A stretch of 64,000 bases of DNA from Convolutriloba macropyga (taxonomy: Eukaryota). Position 1 is the stretch's first letter; every line of letters starts with the position of its first letter. The translations under genes were made by a program, and so were the position numbers. Below the pieces are notes generated by a model. That model searched no databases. It saw only the letters and a list, made by a program, of their open reading frames with translations, and was not told the DNA's origin. The DNA lies in the NCBI RefSeq assembly GCF_964194025.1, contig NC_134474.1, forward strand, positions 17,670,001 to 17,734,000, given 5' to 3'. Positions 48,401 through 57,200 of this stretch are shown one piece after another.

Positions 48401-48580
48401 TTCACTAGTTTTGCAGGCTCTGATCCTTCCTTTTATGGTCATAGTTACAGCCCGACTTCGAGAGAGTGTTTAGAGGGTGGAGATGCTTATGGCGCGACTT
48501 ACATGCAATCGGCAAATGCTTTTGAACGAGAAACGCCGAGTGCCTGTGATTCGGATCCGAATCGAGAGTCGTACGTGTAG
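335..48580 (+). CDS. Adhesion GPCR (GAIN/GPS + 7TM), 5'-partial, multi-exon: ~335-485, 5677-6057, 6526-6562, 25631-25827, 26399-26511, 46210-46649, 46979-47051, 47359-48580
   Basis: GT-AG junctions have matching phases from 5677 to the stop. The spliced product reads ...SMTPRCVYWKDN/EKLWSSQGV...TCLSTHL|TAFSFIM/SETG...TM1...INLALSLLLLNISF...CDWVALSMHYFTLTTLLWFVADAVFLF...YFVIAW/VTPLLII...Y/CRI...TM5-7...RESYV, which are typical adhesion-GPCR motifs. Confidence 0.92.
3690..5560 (+). repeat. Non-coding interspersed repeat, copy 1 (approximate ends)
   Basis: Many blocks are reverse-complementary to 7150-9570, e.g. GCCGTTTTTTGCTAACTTTACTCT ~4214 vs ~9247 and GCGTTGGAGGCAATCTT ~5368 vs ~7345. Confidence 0.8.
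5677..6057 (+). CDS. aGPCR GAIN-domain exon (phase 0-0)
   Basis: tttttag acceptor, gttagt donor, 381 nt. SMVLPGKLF...VRLMVINFRTNSLF...VVSISV...VLFSF matches the GAIN subdomain B strand pattern. Confidence 0.85.
6526..6562 (+). CDS. aGPCR micro-exon SMTPRCVYWKDN (first half of GPS)
   Basis: tttcag acceptor, gtaaga donor, CxxW motif. Its phase 1 end matches the next exon at 25631. Confidence 0.88.
7150..9570 (-). repeat. Same repeat family, copy 2 (inverted)
   Basis: Colinear reverse-complement similarity to copies 1 and 3. Confidence 0.8.
9880..12400 (+). repeat. Same repeat family, copy 3 (diverged); a head fragment also occurs at ~48875-48930
   Basis: Shared head GGAGGAA..ATATACTCAA and blocks GGCTTCGACACC and TCTACTTG.TACCTAG. 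Confidence 0.65.
25631..25827 (+). CDS. aGPCR GPS exon with HL|T cleavage site and Stachel TAFSFIM
   Basis: tttag acceptor, gtacga donor. Encodes WSSQGV...TCLSTHLTAFSFIM. Confidence 0.92.
26399..26511 (+). CDS. aGPCR TM1 exon
   Basis: ttgcag acceptor, gttagt donor. Encodes VLPFVGVGFAIVGYTLTIITYCLF. Confidence 0.9.
26741..26815 (+). pseudogene. tRNA-Glu-derived sequence (SINE head or tRNA pseudogene)
   Basis: TCCCTGGCGGTCTAGTGGTT matches the metazoan tRNA-Glu 5' end/A-box as I recall it. B-box region is degenerate (GGCCCGCGGTTTCCGGATT). Confidence 0.55.
26833..27765 (-). repeat. 3' LTR (933 bp)
   Basis: Direct repeat of 44028-44960. Confidence 0.96.
27766..27779 (-). promoter_or_regulatory. 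Weak polypurine-tract-like sequence AAACCGGGGTGAGC
   Basis: Lies immediately upstream of the 3' LTR but is only partly purine. Confidence 0.4.
28283..29254 (-). CDS. Accessory ORF L (323 aa): Q/H-rich N-terminus, central globular part, C-terminal coiled coil
   Basis: Long intact ORF with a KKPR basic patch, a QQHKQQHQHQH tract, and a heptad pattern over the last ~85 aa. Preceded by a gttttcttttcag acceptor. Confidence 0.8.
   Translation of the reverse strand: MFDKMSKRSHQTATPTLPVEQYDPLTNWMADLPPLAKKPRAIHPRQRGHLNKQQHKQQHQHQHQQQYRQQHEPHQHQQTTVKSNSHQAPLQPIHSSIDDGLPKGRDFPLKEERLEHQRMREMHPLDNNPKFVKSLDYSLTMDCNQWCLSEETVIKNKVTGQTITVPTDTLPVIPDFSLVPAMNLWRLRSRNANERSYEVAHKTLGCRMHVPFSNLTAFPENTNMAETISTTDLVVENSTFRKQLWESENALADLQSQLSALQISAKTTNNEKEIMRKKLVVCSKTLEIRDTQLKTLIRKSNELIEANQSLAKELKALKFIKNN
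29757..30191 (-). CDS. Accessory ORF K (144 aa): tandem RING-like zinc fingers with N-myristoylation motif
   Basis: MGNYFS (G2, S6); CPIC...H...HLVCTDC...CPLC and CFCC...C...HFVCKPC...CPIC. Confidence 0.82.
   Translation of the reverse strand: MGNYFSFRIVFPLQSSSRPPVVEYHDECPICLRITSCWKKLHPSDGDQPPHLVCTDCRTNLFKHSSQPNCPLCLRHIYTVSISFYYRCFCCNQLKKCVTSSTHPHIKCHQDLGHFVCKPCAQDKHNCPICLKKINPHDVWSESC
30261..30458 (-). CDS. Accessory ORF J (65 aa)
   Basis: Paralog of G and I. Starts 2 nt after ORF I. Confidence 0.78.
   Translation of the reverse strand: MIFHLNQHLVRITDIKRSFTETDNYTSPSLEIYYVNIDTQQNLMKTLTPLSPHWNFFLKKKSRSY
30461..30697 (-). CDS. Accessory ORF I (78 aa)
   Basis: Paralog of J and G (M.F.LNQ.LV.I......F; N..TQ; S..W). 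Starts 3 nt after ORF H. Confidence 0.78.
   Translation of the reverse strand: MFFLLNQELVEICSFVKTFETEPSLQAFILVNLKNVKTQKTSTLSVYPTSIYWDYVFYLLDNESKCARSISTESNKLL
30701..30937 (-). CDS. Accessory ORF H (78 aa), probable small-family member
   Basis: SFIIYIR vs ORF C SLIIYYR; LTLKISHPQI vs ORF E VHLKVSAPKF. Confidence 0.68.
   Translation of the reverse strand: MINIQNRSLTLKLNIIKYIILGLSTTHNSFIIYIRQPHSILNHYLTLKISHPQILEISLFLSFFSNAELTIKYPIPLF
30937..31166 (-). CDS. Accessory ORF G (58 aa to the stop at 30990; ~76 aa if the T7 run is T8); absent from the ORF track
   Basis: Hand translation: MYFYYQGSLVRPYQINRSFTIHFPYQVTPTLEVLFDFVDSWDEGSIKIPAFSPYWNFF(LMLSEQNLDELPIDISNW). About 21/58 identical to ORF J. 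The repaired stop forms a TAATG overlap with ORF H. Confidence 0.75.
31139..31336 (-). CDS. Accessory ORF F (65 aa), single-pass membrane protein
   Basis: Hydrophobic helix LIILFAILYVLTNFALFL. Starts 1 nt after the ORF E stop. Confidence 0.65.
   Translation of the reverse strand: MMHLDLQKSLRELIILFAILYVLTNFALFLKHFREPNVFTVHCKHFKLHQHENNVLECTFTTKAV
31338..31604 (-). CDS. Accessory ORF E (88 aa), probable small-family member
   Basis: HIYYSF...SAPKFSDLVDIL resembles ORF D YIFINF...NNPKFNQILDAL. Preceded by a ctaac...tttcag acceptor. Confidence 0.7.
   Translation of the reverse strand: MQNFNDLFVSEYHKGLFIKFHEFYGHIYYSFTPAYENLVHLKVSAPKFSDLVDILIYSDHEKFYTLKEFLLDCEYGLLDLGSNIHFLL
31699..34034 (-). CDS. 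env: Env-like class III fusion glycoprotein (gB/chuvirus-G-like), ~778 aa after repairing one frameshift at ~32120
   Basis: Signal peptide; YDC...C...LYQ...C......HCG..SHS...EEC; C-terminal CELRR...G...G.LYPC...CYDRIPI...FVNPITR...C. The TM helices and cytoplasmic tail are in the 31699-32076 frame. Confidence 0.85.
34184..39267 (-). CDS. pol: Pol polyprotein PR-RT-RNaseH-IN (one frameshift at ~34817-34822)
   Basis: FLVDTGA; LVIDARYLN; YIDD; VDAS/RELCG/TDHKPL; HHCC; D,D(35)E (HIDHKGP, VYDKGSAF, GKVEIQN). GPYEVTK continues as LTNVNYEIE...HRNHL in ORF 34184-34816. Confidence 0.95.
39196..39273 (-). promoter_or_regulatory. Programmed -1 ribosomal frameshift signal (U UUA AAC + stem-loop)
   Basis: Heptamer at 39273-39267 is in the gag frame just before TAG. 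The -1 frame is open into pol. After a 7-nt spacer comes a GTCTCCG/CGGAGAC stem with inner GTACAA/TTGTAC and AATAAAAA/TTTTTATT pairings. Confidence 0.85.
39264..40556 (-). CDS. gag: Gag (capsid + CCHC zinc knuckle + R/S/N/D-rich tail)
   Basis: EKFTG, LRGPAAQWFDSL, Q...E....Y..RL, FVRGL, and the knuckle CKFCRKSGHTIAYC. Confidence 0.93.
   Translation of the reverse strand: MANIVAYPDISLEKFTGLDPSEDVADFLSLIERKIEFSLGVRPGPGDAQNAYDARRKALFGSVLRGPAAQWFDSLPAAEPWDDVRTGFLNRFTDEKDKYRKRIEVENIRRQPDELIKSYVHRLTKAVEKGWPDPFTDAQRQTKCMEFFVRGLTPPALKQKAHQYLIETPNATWEQLRNQVSSKDLSFAVSSDFTGTASSSIDNKMEIDGIKDQLQELASLMKNNRISAAYNPNEPRNKQNYTRFCKFCRKSGHTIAYCYANRDFKEQNRQQPQQRDKFRDNYQSYRERRPREDSYDRNQNRYRQDTRPHNSYYNQDNRRQYSPHPRSENNNFRNRSQSFENRDRRYNSRSNDRRPQDNRNYSRERQYDRNDSRTRYRESSSPRQDYRRSNSSNQNSRDNSRDRNSNRVQFRENKVNGFFVDNQQDEINLN
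40715..40951 (-). CDS. Accessory ORF D (78 aa from MNIDAN)
   Basis: Clear paralog of ORF C (KV..Y.L...KQ, NP.F...L.AL.TPNS..E). Confidence 0.82.
   Translation of the reverse strand: MNIDANFLNIIIKLGHNTGKVTSYKLDKKKQYMYIFINFDNIPGLACYITHAENNPKFNQILDALRTPNSVFEIGPFV
41025..41249 (-). CDS. Accessory ORF C (74 aa from MDISTK)
   Basis: About 30/74 identities to ORF D with no gaps. Confidence 0.82.
   Translation of the reverse strand: MDISTKHLNVTILYDDKVAKVKRYTLNNDKQSLIIYYRFVNDPRLHSFITYASSNPDFYKTLKALHTPNSYIEL
41338..41667 (-). CDS. Accessory ORF B (109 aa), unknown function
   Basis: ATG start overlaps the ORF A stop; element sense strand; protein-like composition. Confidence 0.68.
   Translation of the reverse strand: MSESSQNLKLVPLPDNKLYKFEKVCMLSPTLPDFVKEIIQKEIVYCVLIRKSDSDNQIISYRVRVYRPILTTAYSESNQKPKFCQSGKFFWIEFRLTEDGCYQRMNKCP
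41664..41924 (-). CDS. Accessory ORF A (86 aa), distant member of the small-protein family
   Basis: ATG start after a tttccag acceptor. Aligns without gaps to ORFs C/D. Overlaps ORF B by ATGA. Confidence 0.72.
   Translation of the reverse strand: MEYLIGDKQISIKDNSADCRVLKYVTDVEQSYVTIVYRIKITKTVGQVTIFKTENTSLDYLFNRLNKRGSIIDLQCMYTLPHASNK
42250..43250. repeat. Helically phased A/T-tract array (~10.4-bp period) in the element leader
   Basis: AATT/AAAA cores at 42258, 268, 278, 290, 311, 322, 332, 353, 362, 383, 404, 415, 425, 435, 446, 456, 468, 477 and onward. No ORF in the track. Confidence 0.8.
44011..44025 (-). promoter_or_regulatory. Primer-binding site TGGTGCGACGAGGAA
   Basis: Starts with TGG (complement of tRNA CCA) 2 nt after the 5' LTR. 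The cognate tRNA is not identified; the implied ...CGCA-CCA end resembles tRNA-Gly ends. Confidence 0.75.
44028..44960 (-). repeat. 5' LTR (933 bp; TGTAG...GTTAAAA)
   Basis: Near-identical to 26833-27765 (3 mismatches seen). Minus-strand TATAAA at ~44547-44552 and AATAAA ~25 nt from the LTR end. Confidence 0.96.
46210..46649 (+). CDS. aGPCR TM2-TM4 exon
   Basis: ttttag acceptor, gtgagt donor. Contains INLALSL, the TM3 motif C...HYF.L...LW, and YFVIAW. Confidence 0.92.
46979..47051 (+). CDS. aGPCR TM4/ECL2 exon
   Basis: tttcag acceptor, gtaagt donor. Encodes VTPLLIIVPMLM; phases 1 and 2 fit both neighbours. Confidence 0.88.
47359..48580 (+). CDS. aGPCR terminal exon (TM5-TM7, long cytoplasmic tail, PDZ ligand ESYV)
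   Basis: tttcag acceptor, the ECL2 Cys, three hydrophobic helices, and a TAG stop ending at 48580. Confidence 0.92.
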
Positions 48581-51570
48581 CGAAGTTGACATCTATGAAC
48601 AGTTTAGAGGTTGATAATTGTGACGATTAATATGAAACTAATGAAAGCATAACTTTTGCATGTATAAATGGTGTGTTTGAGCTGCCGTGTAATGGTTTAT
48701 GATCTGTAAGCATAACGTTTGCAATTCGAATTTTAATTGTATAGTTCAAGCAATTTGTAGTTTGGCATTAACTAATTTTTAGTTGAACACTACCAATCGA
48801 TTGATGATATTAGGCCGCGAATTGTACACTTTCATCGAGCAAATTTACTCGAAAACGTTTTCACTGCTCACGCTAGTTCCGACCGCACTTTGTGGGGGGG
48901 GGGGGGGGGGGGACTATATACTCAACTTGTTTTATGTTCTGTCAAGATTGGAGACAATTTCAAGTTCTCATTAGACTGTGAGTTAGAGAAAAGATAGTTT
49001 TGGTATGATCGTGAGTTTTTACAATCAAAAGGAATCGAATTGTATGGGAGAGCAGTTTTTTTAAATTATTTTACATTTTTTTTGTTTTTTTTTTCATGTC
49101 AATTCTCGACCAAAAGTTTTGTTAGCGAAATTAAAGTAGCGACAGAGCTCATATACACTCAAATGCAGTCCAATGAGCGTCTGGTTCGATTTTAGGGAAT
49201 AGCCATGCTTTTTATGGCCTGTTTTTCTTTAACTTTAAAAAAAAATTTGAGTTATACCAGCATTTATTGCAATTTATGTGGTATTGTGAGTGACTATCAA
49301 TAGTTAAAAGAGGAGCAAGTGAACATATTTAGATTGTTAAATTGAGACCAAATGGCGGTTATAACCTTGAAAAATATTTTTCAAAAAATGCGACTATTGT
49401 TGAACTTCGCCCCCATTTTTATTATTGCTTGTCAACTTTCAGCTTGGTCAAGAGCTAGTGGGTTTGCAATTTTGATACTAAAGAGTTTTCAAAACAATCT
49501 AGAACTGTTTTATAATTGCTCGAAATTTTGGTTCTTTCTGTGGTCTTGTCAAATTATTACAATGCAACCTTTTCACAAGGCAATAGAAAAAGGTCCAAAT
49601 GAACATATATCTACAGTTTTTAGAGCGTAGTTAATGGATTTTAGTATCTTCGACTTTTCACTTCTCTGTTGAATTTGTAGTTTTTGCCTATATATTGTTA
49701 CTTTTGTAGTTCTGGGACTTGTTCTTATTAATGACAATTCTCGTTTTCTTTAAATTGACCTATTCGATGCCGTCAGTTGATAATTAATAGTTTTTTTTTT
49801 GTTTCGTCCTTAAAAATTTTCATTAATTTTAAGGTACTCCATTCCCCTATAATTGTTATTTTTTAATTCTGGTCGGATTATCGTAACAATGAGAGGTCCT
49901 ATAGGCAATATAAAATGGTTCATTTTAACATGTGCAAAATTGAAGTGAATAGCTTCATCTCTTTCTTCCCGCTCTCATCTATTGAATATCTTGGTATTGC
50001 CTCTTTTACATCCTCTTTTTGTACTCGTAAGAATTATTCTGATTAATGACAGGTCTCATTAGTTTTCTATTGTGATATAAATCAACCTATTTAATGTGGT
50101 CAGTTGGAAAGCATTGGTTTTAAAATTTTTTGGTTTTCGAATAATTCAGTGTTTTTGATCATTTTTGGTTCAACTCATTCTGATCATTGACAGATCCCCT
50201 ACACTTTAACACAAACTTTAACTTTTTTGTTGGTTTATTCAATGAATGTTTTGTTACATGGACAGTAACAGATCAAATAATTTTTGATTACTTGTGATCA
50301 TAACACTAATTCTTTTCATATAATCGTCTTGATAAGAGGTCCCATTTCAAATGAACATATATAGTCGTTCAGTTGTATAATAATTTAAGAAACATTGTCA
50401 TAACTGACTGATGATTATATGTACTTGTCAGCTAATAGCTTTTCACTTTAGTAGCTTGAACACTTTGTGTTTTCGTTAAACGGTTGTATATTTTAATAGC
50501 GTTTCTGTATTTGATTTTTTTGTATTGTTACAAATTATAGGGCACATTGTTTGTTTGAGGAGTTTTTTGGAGATCTATCCAGTATTTTCTTTAGTTCAAA
50601 GCTAAGGTTTGTTATGACTATTGAAATCATGTGGTTCCAAAAGTTCAATGGATTGCTGAAATTTGTCTTTTTTAGACTCAATGTGATTTATATTCACAAT
50701 TCCCATGTGCTGTCTAGTCGGCGAAAAGTAAAGTTGCGTAGTTTAGGTTTTATCTGTTTCTTAACTTTGTCACTTAGTGTTTTGACGGTGCTCTAATTCG
50801 GCACGGCATTATTTTTTACCAGCAGTATTTGGTGTTTTTTAACATTTTTTTATACAAACGAAAAAATGTTTTCGAACAGATGTGAATATTTGAAGTTTCC
50901 TATCTCTTCATTTGTTAGAAGATTAAGTCAGAATTGTTTATTAGCGGAATGGGGACATTATTTGCAAATGCGGATTTTCGAGCCTCCTTGTTTCAGATTA
51001 AAATGTAATTGGCAACGGGGACTTGATAGGAAGTTTTATAGTTTACAGTATGATAGCTATGCATTAATAAGTATAGATATTGAGCGGATTACCATATGGG
51101 TTGTCCTTGTTTTAGGATCTTCACAAGTTTTCAGCATCTAAGAAAAAATAGTTATTCTGCTTATGTCAATTTTCACAGCTCAAAAGTGATTTCAAAATAT
51201 TTGATTGCTGAATCGGTATATTTGACAGGATAATGTTTCTTTTTATGAGGAAAATAAGATCAAGTAAAACTAAGCAAAATTAACTTGAATAAAATTTTTT
51301 ACTGAACAGACAAAATTTTTGGTGATATTCGATCAGAATTTTTAATAGTTTCGGTTTTATCTGCGTTTGTGTTATTTTCCTTACCAAAATTTTAAGGCAC
51401 AAACAATAAACTTTAAAGTAAAACATGTGCTGCTTCATTTCAATGTGCTGCTTCTTTTTTCCTCAATTAGATAGCGGCACGGCTATTTATTACTAAAATT
51501 ATGAGGTGAAAATGCTGTTTCCGACTTTTGCGGTTCGAAGAAATTGGTGTGAGGATAATTTTTGTTTGAC

Positions 51571-54284
51571 AGTTATTGTTCTTGTATTAATTTGTGTTTA
51601 ATCTTGAGATAAGAACATTTAATCTAACCGTCCAGCGCTTAGGTGTTTTCGCGATCATTATTCTTGTTTTACGTAATATTTGATTTCAGTTGATTTTTAA
51701 ATGTTTTTATAAAGCATAGAAGTTGGGTTTCTGCAGATAAATTCATCTATGTTCAACTGTCAATGCGTGAAAAGGACAATTGTACTGAACATCAATGACA
51801 ATACAAGTTTCTTCAAGTTTAGATCAAAATCCAGCAGTTATGAATTAAACTAGGACAAGATGAAATGTAGAAGCGTAGTTGTGGTGGCTGAGCTTACTAA
51901 TTCAACAACCAAATTGTTTAGCGCTTCAAGACCATTTCAAGCAGTGAAGGTAGAATAGCATGACAAGCCAAAATCTATTGCTAAATTCTATCGAAGCCAT
52001 ATGGATTTGTTCATTTTCTTCAACATTTATATTTTGTAACATTTATTAGTATTTCAATTTCATAAATAATTTTATACTGAAACTGGAACCATCTCAACAC
52101 CAGCAAAACAATATTACGACTTAACAATATTGCATCAGATTCTTTGTGATTGGTTTGCGAATCAACCTGTTATTTATACAGAAAATTTGACGGAACTTTC
52201 ACATGTTTAACAAACATCCCATGACATCAAATTCACACTGGAAAATTGACGTTATGGAAAACTTTTCATTTTCTGTCAACAACTTTATCTACAACCAATC
52301 AGAGATGCATTTTTGACAAGTGCATATTGTCGTTGATAGGAGAGCAGCCGTTACATTTGGTCCACCGGCCCTGTAAATGGAAGGCAAATTGCTTTCCAAA
52401 CTGATGAGGAGACTGCCGAAGGCACTCAGCAAAGAAAATAAATTAAATCAACATTAAAATGCAAGTGAGGCGAATAGAAGCGTGAAGTTCAATTAAGAAA
52501 TTGAGGTGCGAACCCAGCTTAAAGGATATAAGAAAAGCAAAAGCGAATGGCAACCAGGCAATGGAAGAACAACCAGCAGAGAACAGCTTCATTCAACAGC
52601 TTACAGATACGACAAGAAATTCCAAAATTTAGTAGAAGAAGTTAACACTAAAACAAAGCTTGGCTACAAAATATTTGAAGATTCAGAATAGGTCCAACAA
52701 ACTGAAGGTCCTCTACCAACAGACAGTTCACCTTCTAGAAGAAAAAATACTCACTCGTTTAACTGCAGCGTCGAACCAAGCTTGTGCCCTGTCAAGCAAA
52801 CTTCGTTGAAGAATATCTGAAAGAAGCAAGGAAGTGCAAAGCAAGTTTGCACTATAATTAGCTTGTGTATATAAGCAAAGGCACGCATCCAGCAATGAAT
52901 GCAGAACAAAGCAACGCAACTTAATAGTTATTGTTCTTGAATTATTTTGTGTTTAATCTTGAGATAAGAACATTTAATCTAACCGTCAAGCGCTTAGGTT
53001 TTTTCGCGAGCATTATTCTTGTTTTACGTAATATTTGATTTCAGTTGATTTTTAAATGTTTTTATAAAGCATAGAAATTGGGTTTCTGCAGATAAATTCA
53101 TCTATGTTCAACTGTCAATGCGTGAAAAGGACAATTGTACTGAACATCAGTGACAATACAAGTTTCTTCAGGTTTAGATCAAAATCCAGCAGTTATGAAT
53201 TAATATTATTAATATTGGACAAGATGAAATCTAGAAGCGTAGTTGTGGTGGCTGAGCTTACTAATTCAGCAACCAAATTGTTTAGCGCTTCAAGACCATT
53301 TCAAGCAGTGAAGGTAGAGTAGCATGACAAGCGAAATCTATTGCTAAATTCTATCGAAGCCATATGGATTTGTTCACTTTGTTCAACATTTATTTTTAGT
53401 AACATTTATTAGTATGTCAATTTCATAAATAATTTTATACTGAAACTGGTACCTTCTCAACACCAGCAAAACAATATTACGACATAACAATATTGCATCA
53501 GATTCTTTGTGATTGGTTTGCGAATCAACCTGTTATTTATACAGAAATTTTGAAGGAACTTTCACATGTTTAACAAACTTCCCATGACATCAAATTCACA
53601 CTGGAAAAGTGACGTTATGGAAAACTTTTCATTTTCTGACAACAACTTTATCTACAACCAATCAGAGATGCATTTTTGACATGTGCATATTGTCGTTGAT
53701 AGGAGAGCAGCCGTTACATTTGGTCCACCGGCCCTGTAAAGGGAAGGCAAATTGCTGTCCAAACTGATGAGGATACTGCCGAAGGCACTCAGCAAAGAAA
53801 ATAAATTAAATCAACATTAAAATGCAAGTGAGGCGAATAGAAGCGTGAAGTTCAATTAAGAAATTGAGGTGCGAACCCAGCTTAAAGGATATAAGCAAAG
53901 CAAAAGCGAATGGCAACCAGGCAATGGAAGCACAACCAGAAGAGAACAGCTTCATTCAACAGTTTACAGATACGACAAGAAATTCCAAGATTTAGTAGAA
54001 GTTAACACTAAAACAAAGCTTGGCTACAAAATATTTGAAGATTCAGAATAGGTCCAACAAACTGAAGGTCCTCTACCAACAGACGGTTCACCTTCTAGAA
54101 GAAAAAATACTCACTCGTTTAACTGCAGCGTCGAACCAAGCTTGTGCCCTGTCAAGCAAACTTCGTTGAAGAATATCTGAAAGAAGCAAGGAAGTGCAAA
54201 GCAAGTTTGCACTATAATTGGCTTGGGTATATAAGCAAAGGCACGCATCCAGCAATGAATGCAGAACAAAGCAACGCAACTTAA
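51571..54284 (+). repeat. ~1.35-kb tandem duplication (51571-52925 / 52926-~54284) covering flank + BEL/Pao 5' LTR + gag start
   Basis: Highly similar direct copies. The extra LTR at 51880-52355 is preceded by the same GTAGT. Confidence 0.9.
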
Positions 54285-57200
54285 GCAGTGAACGACAGTG
54301 AGAGTAAAAACAACTGCCCAATGGAGAGCCCCGTTGCTCAAACAGTGCAAAATAGGGCAACATCAAGCCATCAAGATACGAAGAATGTTTCGGAAACATC
54401 TTAAGCAAAGCAAAGGCGTGAAGAACGGATGAAGAAATTCGATATCGAATTGAAAACCAAGATGCGACTAAAACAGACACGTTTAGAACGGAGAAAACGA
54501 TAGCTGGAAATGCAAATGAAGTACCTAGAAACCAAGCATCGGCCACTGGGGAGGAGCGTGAGCTAGAGCGCAAAGTAAAAAGAACTGCATTGGAGAATAA
54601 TGATGTTCATTCCCAATCAACTAGGGCTCGGAACAAGTCACACGTTAGGTGGACCCTAAAGAAGAGAGATGTCTCAGGCTGGGCCAATAGAATCGACAAC
54701 CTGCTAACACCAGATCGATCAACAGCGCGCTTCGAAGAAACCCCTGAAGTGAACAGGCATATTTAATTCTCATGATATCGCAGTTCACGAGACCGTTCCT
54801 CAAATGTTGATGACTGAGACGTTTCCCTTAGAGCTGGTCTACGATACAACAGTGGTTATACTGGTAGCAGTTACCTACCAAAACTGAAGTTGAAAAACTT
54901 CTGCGGAAACCCTCTCGAATGGCTGAGTGGTCTAGTATGTTCATTGCTACAGTAGATCAACGACCAACACCATACTCAGAGAAGATGAGCCATCTAAAGA
55001 CTCTACTAACAGGCAAAGCAAGTCAAAAATATCTGGAATGGGCTATTCTGGACAGTTCTATGGTGCTGCATGGAGCATTCTCGAAAAGAAATTTTGGAGA
55101 CCTGATGTGATCATTGATGCACAATTGGAGAGACATTGCAAGGCTATTCAGGTGAAACCTCACAACTCAACAGGTCTGATCAGTTTCTCAATTATTGTTT
55201 CAAAGTTTGTGAATGTGCTCAAAAAGTACAAGCAGGTTGGTGATCTGCAACCCAGCTCGAAACTTTATATGGCATTAGACAAACAACCTCATGGTCTCAA
55301 AGACAAGTGTTTTTTCTGTGTTGGTGATAAAGATGAAGACTGACCTGATCTGATTATGTTTTAAAAATGACTATCTAGGATGGCATTCGAACACGAAGGG
55401 TTTTCAGTTTTCAAGGAAGAGCAAAGATAAGAAGACCGAAGAAGCACAACTAGAGACAAACGGTTCTCGAAAACTTTGAATTTCAGAGCTAATTCGAACG
55501 TGAAAGAAACGAAGCAAATTCAAAGTGAACACTGTCCGCTAGCAGATGGCACAAACAAATATTGAAACTGACCTCTTTTCAGGAACATGAGTGTGAATGA
55601 TCGAGACGCAGCAGTGAGGAAGCAACGCTTATATTTCTGATATCTAGTCAAAGGACTTGAAAAAAAATTGTAAAGTCAATGCGTGCTTTATCAATGGATG
55701 CATCAAGAAGCACAACCGATTGCTACACACAGAAATCCAAATGGACAAAGGCAATCACGCAGTCAACGTGAGCAAAGCAGCAATCAATCAGAGTAACGAA
55801 TTTACGAGCTTTTTCAGATAGTTCCTGTTTCCATACAAAGCAATGGGAAAAGGTTGAACACATATGCTTTCTCCGATAATGGATGAACGGTTTCATTCTC
55901 TGACCAAAGCGTGCAAGAGAAGTTACAATCCGTTTCATACACGGAACGAAAGAAAAATTTCCTCTGAAAATAAATTGACTACATTCAATGGTGCATTCAG
56001 TCGAGGCGTTCGCGCACCCATCAATCTCCTCGGCAAACAAAATTTATAATTACAACAAGCTAAAGCAAAGCTTCAATCACTTGAGTGTTTTCCCAACAAA
56101 AGCTTCAACTTCATGAAGTTGGCATTATCATTAGTCAAGATGCTTACCATCTACAACGCCATTGGACTACAGGATAAGAGCACGAAGTGAACATTTCGGC
56201 GTTCCAACAGAACTAGGATGGATAGTCAATAGTCAGTGGTCCTCTGACGTTTAACAGAAGACAAAATTTTTATCATTTCGCCTTCATATAAGATGTGAAA
56301 GTTGTTGAGAGTGTCCAAACCTTGTGGGACATAGAAACCTTTGCTTCCAAAATCAACGTCGCCAATCAGCCAAAGAAGTAACTGCAGGCACAAAGGATGC
56401 TGGAGAGTACGACGAAGCTTACAGGTGAGTTGTACGAAGTGAAAATGCTGTGGAGCGAACCAGAGCCAAACCTACCTAACAACTATAGCTCAGCCTTGGG
56501 ACATTTTTAATCACTGGAGCGAAAATTCCAAAGGGACCCAAACCTGAAGAGTTTGTGTAATCAGTCTATAGATACACAAGTAGAAAAAAGATTTGTAAAG
56601 GTGTTGGACGAATCAGAAGTTAAAAGCACCTTCGGGAAGGAATGGTATTTGCCACGACACCCAATGCTAAACCCGAACTAGCCTGTCAAATTGAGACGTG
56701 TTTGCAATGCTGACTCAAAATGAAAAGAAGTATGCCTAAGTGACAAATTCTTAGCAGGACTTGATCTGCTACACGGGGAGATTGGAATAAAATTTAGATT
56801 CCGTGAAGGACAAATATCCCTAACAGCTGACATCGAATCGATATTTCTACAAGTGCAGTTTCACGAACAGAATACAACTTGCTTGAGGTTTCTATGACGT
56901 CCAAGAACTAACGAACCTGTTCAGATATACGAATATCAGCGTCCAGATATACGAATAACAGCGTCTTGTAATTGGAGCTAAGATTTCTCCTACTTGTGCC
57001 ATCTATGCTCTCAAGCGAGTGGGACTGGACAACGAAGAAGTGTATTCAATTGCAGCAAAACAAAACAGAACGACTTTTACATAGACGATTTCAAAAAAAA
57101 TCGGTAAAAGCCCATGAAGAAGCAATTAAAGTCGTCAATTAACTACAACCTCTTCTCTCGAAGCGTGGAATTGAACTGAAAAAGTAAATAAGCAACAAGA

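Noticed and set aside
52400-52440. CTGATGA...GAAA resembling a hammerhead ribozyme core (also CTGAAGA in the LTR at ~27477)
   Set aside because: GAAA does not directly follow a closed stem II, and I found no stem I/III with a cleavage triplet. The first lies in decayed BEL/Pao gag sequence.
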